The translations under genes were made by a program, and so were the position numbers. Source: Octopus vulgaris (Eukaryota). Taken from it: a stretch of DNA of 64,000 nucleotides. The stretch is taken from assembly GCA_951406725.2 (NCBI GenBank), contig OX597817.1:176018001-176082000 (forward strand), given 5' to 3'. The notes under the pieces are model-generated. The model worked only from the letters and a program-made list of their open reading frames with translations, searched no databases and was not told where the DNA came from. Shown here in pieces: positions 31,441 to 46,368 of the stretch (position 1 is the first letter of the stretch; each line of letters begins with the position of its first letter).

Positions 31441-32644
31441 TTAATCCATTATTGTTAGTCCGACAAAGTATATTTTGTCAGTCTTGCGATTTTGGATTAC
31501 ATGTTCGTTCACTCCCAGACTAATCTTTGATCTCTTTATTCTAAGTGGCCGGGCTTAACTGATTTGAATTTGTCACAACAAATATATGTGTGTGTGTGTG
31601 TGTGTGATAGAGAGAGAAAGAGAGAGAGAGAGAGAAAGGAGAGCTGCTCCAAGCTAACTGTAAAAGTTTAATAATGCGTAAAATCTAAGATAAAAACGAT
31701 AAAACTTCACCATAATCGTGTATTTCATGAAACATGTATAAAAGAATAGACGTCCCCACTTTGTACAAACATAAAATTACACGATTTAACAGCAAAAAGC
31801 AAAATATGTACGGCGGAAATCTGTTGGAAATTTATCGAACGGCAAATACGTTTACCAACTGACACGTGACGGCTGGCGTATAAAGATAATGGCAATAAAA
31901 AGAACTTATGCCAGGAAATTCTATATGAATTCAACCAGTATAGAAAACAACACAAACGCCAAGCATTTTGAACTCTTCAAAATGAGATAATAAAGGTGAG
32001 AAAACTTCGAATGTGAACTTTATTGTTCCAATCTAAGTGTGAAAAATGTAATATGAAGATATGAAAAGTCTAAAAAAAGAAGGTTAAGCTTGGAGAATGT
32101 TTGATACAACTTTCTCTCTCACTCTCTCACTCTCTCTCTCTCTCTCCCTCTTTCCCCTCTCCCTCGCTCGCTCTTTTACACACACATATTTAGCGTAATT
32201 TAATGATGGTCATTAAACTGAATTGTCATTTTCAAAAGTTAATTTTTCAGGAGCTATTATTTATGAGAGAGAATCGAAGATCTATAACTTATGATAGGCG
32301 AAAGGCAAATTTGGAAATCCAGTTTAGAAGGGACAGAATATTGTAAGTGTATAGAAATGTGGGTATAGAGATAAGGTGGAAAAAGAGATAAAATCGGAAA
32401 CGTGTAGGAATAAAGTAAGGACCGATGTATTAAAAGAACGAATGACTGAGCAAAGTGTCAACCACGGGAGTCCGTTGTGGGGGAGACGGATCAAGACCAG
32501 CATCTTAGAATGTATTTTCACTAATGTAAATCAAGTGTACATATCTCAGACTTTTCCTTTAGGTACATTATAGAAGCGAGCTATCCCTTAAATTCCGTTC
32601 CGTAATTTTTATTGAGGTCAGACTCTAACTTAGATCCATAACGT

Positions 32645-32702
32645 GCCCATCTGATAAGTGTGAGATAATATTACCTTCGTACGAAACAACTATTTATGGC
32701 CA
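32645..32702 (+). ncRNA. Decayed type I hammerhead-like motif (possible PLE pLTR relic)
   Basis: ccat-CTGATAA-gtgtga..tcgtac-GAAAC-aactattt-atgg. Confidence 0.4.
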
Positions 32703-32877
32703 TTGTTTGCGGTTACGATTGTCTGAAGATATTCACATTTGAATACATTTTGAATTTTGGTTAACATCCACAACCGGTTGCATCTCCATCCTCTCTCTCT
32801 CCTTCTCTCTGCATGTGTGTGTGTGTGTAAAATAAAACTTACTTGGAAAAGGATGCGTGGCGTTCGATCATAATAAA

Positions 32878-32930
<53 letters not shown>

Positions 32931-32985
32931 TAAAAAATAATAATAATAATGATAATGATAATAATGATAATGATAATAATAATAA

Positions 32986-33820
32986 TACTGGACTAAACTA
33001 AACGCAAAAGAAATAGACAAAGAAAAATCCCAGCAATGGTTGAGAAGCTCAGGACTCAAAGCAGAAACAGAGGGATTTTTAATTGCAGCACAAGACCAAA
33101 GCCTCCCCACCAGAAATTACCAAAAACATGTAATGAAAAGAAATATTACAAGTAACTGCAGAATATGTGGAGATGGACAAGAAACAATAAATCATATTAT
33201 CTCTAGCTGCCCAGTCCTGGCTAAGAAGGAATATATTCACAGACATGACAGAGTTGGAACCTACATACATTGGAAGCTATGCCAACATTATTGGAATAAC
33301 AACAGAAAAAAGATGGTATAGGCACACACCAGAAAAGGTCACAGAAAACGAGAAAGCAACCATACTCTGGGATATGCCGATACACACAGATAGAGAAATT
33401 AAGGCCAACAGACCAGATATAGTTGTCAGAGATCATGAAGAAAAAAATGCTTTCTAATTGATGTATCAATACCGGCTGATGACAACGTTTCTCTAAAAGA
33501 AATGGAGAAACTCTCAAAATACAAAGACCTGGAAATAGAGGTAACTAGAATGGAATCTGAAAACAGAAACAATTCCTATCATAGTAGGTGCATTAGGCAT
33601 GATAAAAAATATTCAGACAAATACATAACAAAAACACCAGGACTTACAAACACATATAACATACAGAAAATTGCACTACTAGGCACTGCACACATCCTAC
33701 GCAGAACACTTTCCATACAATAACCATCAGAGCATCACAACAAATCACAGCACATACCCAAGGCACACAGAGCTGCGCTCGGTAGTGAAGTGAAAGCACG
33801 CTATAAAAATAAAACTACTG
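32986..33820 (+). mobile_element. R4/Dong-type RLE LINE family 2, 5'-truncated, in (TAA)n
   Basis: CRICGDGQETINHIISSC, RHD, RPDIVV and KLSKYKDL, with frameshifts. Nearly identical to 57432-58022. Confidence 0.92.
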
Positions 33821-33824
33821 AATA

Positions 33825-37320
<3,496 letters not shown>

Positions 37321-37571
37321 TAGAAATATGTTACAAAATAGAAACAACACGTGGTAATGTAAGGGAAAAGTAAGAAAAATAAACAAAAATACACAATGTA
37401 AATAAAAAAAAGTAAAGGTTTTTTATGAAAAGTAACGAAAGATATATACAATTAGATGAACTGAGGTAGGAATAAAAGCAATAAAAGTCATTATTGTGAA
37501 ATTATTAAAGAGATTCAAACATACCGGCTGTTTCATATACATATATATATATATTTATATATATATATATA

Positions 37572-38764
37572 CGAGGGGCGTTCAATAAGTAATGCCCCTG
37601 ACCCACTTCCCATAGCAGTAGAGCAACGAAACTTGGCACAGTTATTAGTCTTTTTCTATATAGGAACCACCCAGAGTTACGCATTTCTTCCATCGTTTGA
37701 TGCAGCGCTGGAGACCGTTTTTGTAGAAGACCCCAGCCTGGTCCTCCAACCACGACGTGACTTTAGAAATCAAGGCTGCATCATCTGTGAAATGCTTTCC
37801 TTTCAAAAACAACTTCATGATTGGGAAGAGGTGAAAATCAGAGGGTGCAAGGTCAGGAAAGTAGGGGGTATGGGGAGGAGTTCATAGCCGCACGCCTGTG
37901 CTTCTGATCTGGCGACAAGCGAGTTGTGGACCGGAGCGTTGTCCTGCAGGAGGAGGATGCCTTTGCTGATCTTGCCCCGCCTCTTGATTTTGATAACTTC
38001 TCTTAATTTCCTCAAAAGTGAAGCATAATAGGCTCCTGCAATTCCCTTTGGAGGGGGTGAGTCACGGTGATTCCACTGCATTGACTGGGCTTTGGTCTCT
38101 GGATCATCATAATGGACCCAGGTCTCATTCTGTGTAATCAGTCTTTTGAAAAATTTGACTCATCTTCTTGGCACATCTCCAAATTCACCCTCGAGCACTC
38201 GACGCGTTCTTGCTTCTGGAAAGGCGTGAGCAACCTGGGAATCCATCTGGCAGACACCTTTTGCATATGCAAATGGTCATGAATGATAGTTTCCACAGAC
38301 CCGGTACTAATCTTGACCTCATGGGCTATTTGGCGAATAATTATGCGTCGATCTTCCAAAATGGCAGCCTCAACTTGACGGACAGATGCCTCATCAATGG
38401 CAGAAGGGGCGACCAGATCTGGGAGCTGTTTCCACAGAGTTCCGACCATGTTTGAATTCACGATGCCAGCGTTTTACAAGGTCATATGGTGGGGCATCAT
38501 CACCATAAGTTACTTTCATTTCATCAAAAGTCTCCCATGGTGTGCGTCCTTTCAAATACAAAAACCGGATCACTGCTCGACACTCAACAGGCTCCATTTC
38601 ACACTTGACTCGGTTCAAACACCTGTAAATCAGAAACCACAATTGATTGAGAGCTGTAATTTGCCACTTACTCTATAGAGATATAAATAATTGCACATGC
38701 AAAATTTCAGCTAGATCAAACAACTGCAAGTGGGTCAGAGGCATTACTTATTGAACGTCCCTCG
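37572..38764 (-). mobile_element. Mariner DNA transposon with 37-bp TIRs, TA flanks and a defective transposase
   Basis: TA|CGAGGGGCGTTCAATAAGTAATGCCCCTGACCCACTT ... AAGTGGGTCAGAGGCATTACTTATTGAACGTCCCTCG|TA. ORF pieces carry RSGRP, WIPRLL and LLQDNAPVH, with frameshifts and an internal deletion near 38045. Confidence 0.95.
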
Positions 38765-39239
38765 TATATGTATATGAGAATTTGGTTTTGAAAATGCACC
38801 CGAATTTAAAAAACGTGCTTTTTAAATAAATTTATTCATATACATACCAAACTAGTTTCAATAATCTTTTGTCTATGAATAGTACAAATGTATATAAAAC
38901 AATAGGAATTCAACAGAGTTTCAAATAACGAAGTAGAAATCGAACAAACATGTTTAAACGGTCAAGTGTTAACATAAAATTCAATGACAGGGATAGATAA
39001 TATCAAAGTAAATATTCGGCGAGGAATATAATAAATGTACATTACTAAAAGTTCAGCCATATTGAGTTTTGATAGAATGCGTGGACAAGAGAGAGAACAA
39101 AGAAAAAGAAAAGAGAGTAAAAAAGTTGTTTTTTTTACAGTTTCTGCCGTATTGCTTGTAGTTGTTTTTCCATCGCCTACTGGGCTTTTCGCTTTTAACG
39201 GAGTTTTATTTTTTTTTTTGGCAGGGGGTAATCAGAGAA

Positions 39240-39441
39240 TATCTTGTGTATTACTTGTTTCCGTCATTTGACTGCGGCCATGCTGGAGCACCGCCTCGAA
39301 GGGTTTTAATCGAACAAATCAACCTCAGGACTTTTTTTAAAGCCTAGTACTTATTCTATCATTCTCTTTTTGTCGAGCCGCCACTAAGTTACGGGGACGT
39401 AAACACCAACACCGGTAGTCAAGCGGTGAGGGGTGACACAA

Positions 39442-39513
<72 letters not shown>

Positions 39514-39650
39514 GACGGTCTTCTTTCAGTTGCCGTCTAGCAAATCCACTCACAAGGTTTTGATCGACGCGAGACAATAGTAGTAGACACTTGCCCAAGG
39601 TGCCACGCAGTGGGACTGAACTCGGAACCATGCGTTTGGGAGCAAACTTC
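39240..39650 (-). mobile_element. SINE family A copy
   Basis: Matches 60694-61151, including the internal microsatellite. Confidence 0.88.
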
Positions 39651-40029
39651 TTATTTCTTTAGTGCCCACAAGGGGCAAAAAACAAACTGATTCGTTAAGA
39701 GAATCAACCAACCGGAACTGTTGATGCCCACTAAGAAAAAACTAATGACCGAATCCCTACAGGGAAGTCAACCATATATGTTTTTACGAGAAAGTCTAAT
39801 TTTTGATTCGTTATAATTTTGATGACGTCTCATTCTTTCTGGAGGATGTTTTTGATCAAAGAATAAATTTTGTTTTGGGATTAGTGTTTTGGTTGGTTTG
39901 TTTGTTTGTTGGTTGGTTCCCTCTACATAGGAACATGTTTTGATTGGTAGTAGGTTTCATCAAGTCACTTTATTTTGATAAAGAACCTGTTTTTGTTTTG
40001 ATCGAGTTTGGCGTTCTGCTTCGTAGACA

Positions 40030-40925
40030 AACGTAATATTTATACAAGATAATGTTCCCTCGCACTCAGCGAAGAAAACTACAGAGTATTTGCAACAATT
40101 AGGCTTCTTTGGACCTCGGAAGATGAAATGGCCTGCCTGTTCCCCCGACATAAACTGAATAGAAAACTTGTGGAGCATTATAAACAATGTAGGGAGTGGG
40201 GTTGGCACTGGATGGGCGCCTCACAATTCCTTACATAGTGGTGGAAAGGAAAATAGAATATCCGAACAAATAACAATATTTATTTTTCTGTCTGAATAAA
40301 CATTTCATTTCTGGACATCGGTAGTCTGGACGTCTAGGAGTGGAAGCAACAGGGTTGGCACTTAGACACAAAAATACGAAGGCATTTTCATAGATTCGCC
40401 GAAGACGTGGATCGCCTTCAGAATTCCAGCCACACGGAACTGGTCATGTCGTGTCCGTCTCGGTCGGCAGCAGGGGCGAAGAGAGAGAATGGTGGTCAAG
40501 CCTAGCTGTTGCTGATAACTGCACATGCGTATAAGGGACTTCCGGCAGGCCTTCCGGAAGGCTCTAATCCCTGCGCATGCGTGGATGAAAATCCCAAAAT
40601 GCGGAAGCACGAAAATAGAATGATTGTAGTGGCGCCAGAAACAAGATGGCTACCGATCACCCACAAGATGTGGCACAAAATATGAAAAGTCAAAAAAAAT
40701 AATGTAATCACAATATAAATAAGCATGCACAAAAATGTCTTTTTACAAAATGTTCAATGTGTTTACGAGAATGGACGCCAATTTAGGAGCAAGGATGAGC
40801 TGTGGCAGGCAATAGTGGATGTATCTGGTGATATAACATCAGAGGAGATCCAGAAATTAACATGTTCCATAAACTAGCACCTTTTCCAGCTTATTTCAAA
40901 TAAAGGCTCATATATCCCTTACTAA
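40030..40925 (+). pseudogene. Tc1-like transposase C-terminal remnant split by an insertion
   Basis: FIQDNVPSH..KWPACSPDIN*IENLWSII (40040-40185) resumes as VYENGRQFRSKDELWQAI..KGSYIPY* (40760-40925). Confidence 0.8.
40188..40747 (-). mobile_element. Solo-LTR-like insertion
   Basis: TGTA...TACA ends, with TATA-like and AATAAA signals on the minus strand. It interrupts the Tc1 ORF, and CAATGT occurs near both junctions. Confidence 0.55.
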
Positions 40926-41277
40926 TCAGCTCACCTATCATATCTGAACGTTGTTTATTTGTTTATTTCTATTTCTTCCATGTTTATGATTGTATATGTT
41001 CAATACAGTGTGTACATCAAACGATTACATTGGCATTTTCTTGATTTCATGAGTTTTACACTTCGCTAATAATTTGAATCAGTGAAAGTTGACGTAAATT
41101 TGGTAAATGGCTATACTTTCTGTGTCGTTTTATGGAACATCACATTTTTACACACCACACGCATATAATTGTTGCCATAATTCTGTGAAAATTTCGTTGA
41201 AATCCAATGTGTAGTTTTTAAATAAAATTTTTAAAATTATGTTATGTCATAATGTATATTATGTCAGGTCGCTCTTG

Positions 41278-41431
41278 AGTGCCGGGCGAAATGCTTAGCA
41301 GTATTTCGTTTGCCGTTACGTTCTGAGTTCAAATTCCGCCGAGGTCGACTTTGTCTTTCATCCTTTCGGGATCGATTAAATAAGTACCAGTTAAGTACTG
41401 AGGTCGATGTAATTGACTTAATCCCTTTGTC
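41278..41431 (+). mobile_element. SINE family B fragment (start of the Tx1-like tail)
   Basis: Core identical in pattern to 31212-31440. Confidence 0.8.
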
Positions 41432-41979
41432 ATATATGGTTTAGTAATTTAGGTAACGTGGTGATGAAGTTGGAATTGATTGAAAAAGCTTTTTTATTTG
41501 GGTGATTCGTGCAGAATTAATTCAAAAGTTTAAATCTCGAATATAAGAGAGGATAGTTATTTAAGATTTGTGTATGCATTTCTATATACTGTTTCAATAA
41601 AAAAAAAACGGAGGAAATACGAAGAAAAACTAGGAGAAAATAAGAGGACATATAAAAGGATAAGTGCAAATATTTATTCATTTACATATACATACATATA
41701 CACATACTCATACCCACACAAATGTATACATGTATATATGCACTTATACGTGCACATATAAAGACACATACACACATGTGGGCATATGTAGGTGTATATA
41801 TATATATATATACACACACACACATACATACATATGTACATAAGTATATACACATACACAACACACATATACACAATACATGCACTGATACACACAATTG
41901 GGCATATGTAGGTATATATTTATGTATATATATATATATATATACATACATACATATATATATATATATACATATATAT

Positions 41980-42014
<35 letters not shown>

Positions 42015-42429
42015 CATACATATATAGGTACACAAATATATACTCATACACAACATACACATACGTACATGAACATATTCAAACACACACATACGTGAGA
42101 AAATGCAGGCATATGTGAAAAAAATAGAAATTATGTTTAAAAAAAAAGAAAAGAAAAAGTCTAAGAAAGTAGATTAAGAAGAAGGAAGGAATGAAGTAGA
42201 GAGAAGGGTGAAAAGAATAAGAAAAATAAGAATAGTAAAGATAAATTTAGGCTAAAAATGTATACACCTAAAAATATTATTAAAGAATGTAGTTGTATAT
42301 GAATAGAGGATAAGCAAACATAGATTGGCAATAGTTGATTACGATGATAATAATATAAGTAGTAATATTTATAATAGGTGAGAAATGTGTATTTAAGTAC
42401 AGATTGTGAAAAATATATAACAAACAATA

Positions 42430-43915
42430 AATGTATGTATATGTGTGTGTATATTTTTTAAGTGGTAGTTAAAAAATGAGTCAAAAAAAATGTATTGAGT
42501 AATAGGGGAAGATATATGGATATATGGTATAGGTTTCACAACTGAAGGTAAAAATATGAAAGGTCATATAATATAAGTGTGGAGTGGGGTTAGAATGGAT
42601 ACAATAGAGAGTATTAAGGATATGAGTCTAATATAAAGGTGGTAATATTGTAGTGAGATGTATTATACAAAGAACTAAATTATAAGGAGGAGTAAGAATA
42701 AGAAAAAAGTTAGAGGAAGGGGTGTGGAGAGAATTATTTGAGGTTAATAAAAAGGGATTTTGACATAAGTTTACAAGAAAAACTTTTCCATCTCTCGAAT
42801 TTAAAAGAGAATTATTCATCTTCATAATATTGCAAATCTCTTCTAAGTATAAATAACAAATCCTGTTATCTCTCTCTATATAAACGGCAGTTTGTCTGTG
42901 TGTGTTTCTGTGTGTCGGTTTGCTTGTACCCCTCACCCTGACCACGGCTTTCAACCGATTCTGATGAAACTTGACACACACATAGCCCAATGTCATAATT
43001 CAAAACTAACGCAGCGAAAATTTTGAAAAGTTCCCCCAGTTCTGAAAAAGATCGATAAATTCGACATGGGGTCGACAATCAGAAACACAAACCACAGATG
43101 GTCTAGGGGACGCAACTCGACCTTTTTAACTATAAAAAAAAATTACCATAATTTTTTTCCCCATTTTTTTGCTATTTTTTGGCTATAACTCTCTAAAAAT
43201 GCTTTATAGTTATTTCCCTTACAAACCCGAGCAACGCCGGGCGATACTGCTAGTTATGCCTATAAGAAGGAGCTGAAGAGATAATTTTCCAAGAAGTCGA
43301 GTAATCTATATTACTTCTTTTCTGTTGCCAAACCTTTGTAGATAGACCCGTACTACTTTTTTTTACTAGGGTCGTTAAAGGATGATTTATGATTATTTAA
43401 TCGTAATTTAAAAGGGTTTTGAGTACATCCAATATATGTGAATTTAGAGAGATTTTGGGTAATAATTGTAGCATGGTATACTACATTTTTCATTTTACAG
43501 TTACCCTCACTGGTATTTGGGTTCCTACAATTACAATTAGAACTATTATTTGATACTCTATTATGTCTATATGTATTAAGGGTAATTGAGGATGTGTAAT
43601 TTTTACAATTATTGTTATTAGAAAAGGAATGATTGGAATTATTGGGAGTTAGCAAGAATATTAGAAAGAGAACTTTTATTGTGGAATTGGTTTAGTTTCA
43701 TATTATCGAATGAGGAGATGATCCGAGATAAGTTTGGAGATACTGAAAATCCAAATCTAATCCATTTGTTATTGAATATTTTTGCATATCTAGAGTTCTT
43801 AAAGTTAACTTTAAGAATGTTTCTAATTGATTTAATAAAATTAGATTTTAAATGTTTAGCAAAAGGAATTATTATCCGAATGATGTTATTGCTGTTATCC
43901 TTATTGTAAACATAT
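42430..43915 (-). mobile_element. Decayed PLE 3' part (GIY-YIG endonuclease, Nematis-like CNCR linker) interrupted by a Helitron MITE
   Basis: CNCRNP..NCKMKNVVYHA..YIGCTQNPFKLRLNNHKSSF. Reads SAPSYRHNNRICYLYLEE once 42869-43253 is removed. Confidence 0.85.
42869..43253 (+). mobile_element. Non-autonomous Helitron (MITE-like)
   Basis: A|TC start, CCCGAGCAACGCCGGG hairpin, CTAG|T end. No TSD, and excision restores the PLE reading frame. Confidence 0.9.
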
Positions 43916-43916
43916 G

Positions 43917-43951
<35 letters not shown>

Positions 43952-44306
43952 GGGTGGGGGGTGTTTGTTTTGTGTGTATATGTGACTATATCTGTGCGTG
44001 TTTATTGATATTTATATAATATAATTTATTCCTTGTGATATATAAATATATGGTATGTGTTTCACAATATTACCTATACCCATATAGAGAGAATGCTTCT
44101 TTTATTTTTCCTACTTATATGTTTAAATATCCGTCGGCCAAACCAGTTTTAATTCTTACACAACTACACTCAACACTACACAACCATGTTTTTAAATTTT
44201 ATATTTCATCTTTCACATTCTTTTTCATTAATTTCCGAACTCAAAGCAGTATCCTGCAACATATTTCTTCCTCTGTTAGAACTTTTCTGATGTTTCCTTC
44301 ATTTTT

Positions 44307-44410
44307 TGCACTGACGAAAATGGTAATATATCATTAAATTAATTATAATTGATTTAATCTCTTCTATGTTTCTTACATGTTAGTGTTACCATTTGAAACG
44401 ATCATATGCA
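44307..44410 (+). ncRNA. Type I hammerhead ribozyme motif with enlarged helix II (PLE pLTR fragment, ~44040-44500)
   Basis: tgca-CTGACGA-aaatggtaata...tgttaccattt-GAAAC-gatcaTA-tgca. One mismatch in helix III. Confidence 0.65.
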
Positions 44411-44498
44411 TGGATTAAAATGTTCATCTCTTCACCTTTAATTGTTTGTTGAGTTTATATAGGACTGTGTTCTATAAATGTTCATAATACACCTTATA

Positions 44499-44591
<93 letters not shown>

Positions 44592-44594
<3 letters not shown>

Positions 44595-45756
44595 TTCTAC
44601 ACTGGATTAAGTATTTCCTGGCGAATAGAACACAACATGTTGTAGTTGATGGAGTCCACTCAAGCCCAGCAAAAGTTACCAGCGGTGTTCCCCAGGGGAC
44701 TGTCTTGGGTCCGCTACTCTTCATAATTTACATAAACGACCTTTCCAGTGTCGTACATTACTGCAAAGTGAAAATAATTGCTGATGACACTAAGCTCCAG
44801 CAAATCGTCAATGAAGAAGCAGACCGAACTCAACTCCAGTCTGATCTATATGCTGTGAGTCAATGGGCAGACAGAAACAAAATGCAACTGAACGAGGGAA
44901 AATTTGAGCTGATGCATTTTGGAAGAAATTCCTCACTAAAACAGCCATACTCTCTTCCTTCAGGGGAACCGCTCACAGCCTCTAACAATATCAGAGACCT
45001 GGGTGTAATTGTTGATGACGATCTCAGTTGGAGTGCACACATCAACAAGAAGGTCGATATAGCTCGTAGGATGAGTTCCTGGATCTTAAGAACTTTCCGG
45101 TCCAGAGAACAAGGTGTCATCATACCACTTTTCTCCTCCTTTGTACGGCCACACCTCGAATACTGCTACCCACTGTGGTCTCCCCATACAAGACAAAACA
45201 TCTTGAGGATTGAATCACCCCAGAGGGTACTCACTAAACGAATTGAAGGCATGGCTGCTCTCGATTATTGGGATCGCCTTAGAGCCTTGAAACTTTACTC
45301 TTTCCAGCGTCGCCGTGAGCGGTACATCATTTGTACGATGTGGAGAATATACCGCCAACTTTGCCCAAACGACCTGAACATTAGCTTCAAGGTTCATCCA
45401 AGACTGAGACCACGGGCCATACGTCCCCTGCCCAATTCAATATCACAGCATACATGCACACTGCAACATAATTTCTTTTCCTCAACAGGCCCTGCCCTAT
45501 TTAACATTGTCCCGAAAGAGATCAAAGAGGAAAAGGATCCCAACAACTTTAAACGGAGTCTGGATAGATTCCTTCAAAGAATACCAGATAAGCCACCCAT
45601 AATTGGATACAACTCACCCAACAAAAGCTCACTACTTGAATGGACCATAAACAAAACTTGACTTAAACAGGATTCGAATAACCCTATCAGGTGGTGCTAT
45701 TAAGTTAGACATGGCCTGGACAAATCTTTGGTCGAAACATATCTAAGTTTATCTAA

Positions 45757-45759
<3 letters not shown>
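44592..45759 (+). mobile_element. CR1-type LINE family 2, 5'-truncated, open RT C-terminal frame
   Basis: ORF 44705-45661 (ADDTK). Near-identical inverted partner of 24071-25240. Confidence 0.93.
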
Positions 45760-45791
<32 letters not shown>

Positions 45792-45854
45792 ATATAGGAT
45801 AATTTTTTTGGTTTCGGCGTATCTGGCATTAGAACTTTTCTTCTGCCCATATCT

Positions 45855-45944
<90 letters not shown>

Positions 45945-46368
45945 TATATGAAAGAATGGAGTTGAACGACTAGTTAACAAATATCCTTTATTCTCGACAT
46001 ATGTTTCGAAGGCTGCATATTCCTAATTCCGAAGGAATAAGGAGTACATTATGCAGATTTCTCATCAGGAAAATCAAGGTACTTATGTCGACATCAAAAT
46101 GCACAAAAAACTTTTAGCTGACCGCTCTCAAGGAGCCCATGGCGATAATGAGTGTCTCTTTATAAGGAGTGACGTCAGAGTGGCTGAATGTAGAAGAATC
46201 TAGAAGGTTCAAGGGTTCAAACGAAGTAGGAGGAGGGAGGCATAAGAATAGTAAGGTGAGAGAGTGTAGGTCAAAAGAATGGTGGGTTTAAATTATTTCT
46301 TTTATGAAACTACTCAAATATTCATATACAGCTTCGTCCAGATCCTGCTACCTTAACAGATACCGCAA

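Noticed and set aside
45715-45745. CTGGAC..GTCGAAACATAT resembling a hammerhead (also 24088-24118, minus)
   Set aside because: It lacks CUGANGA and a helix I. It is better explained as the CR1 3' stem-loop.
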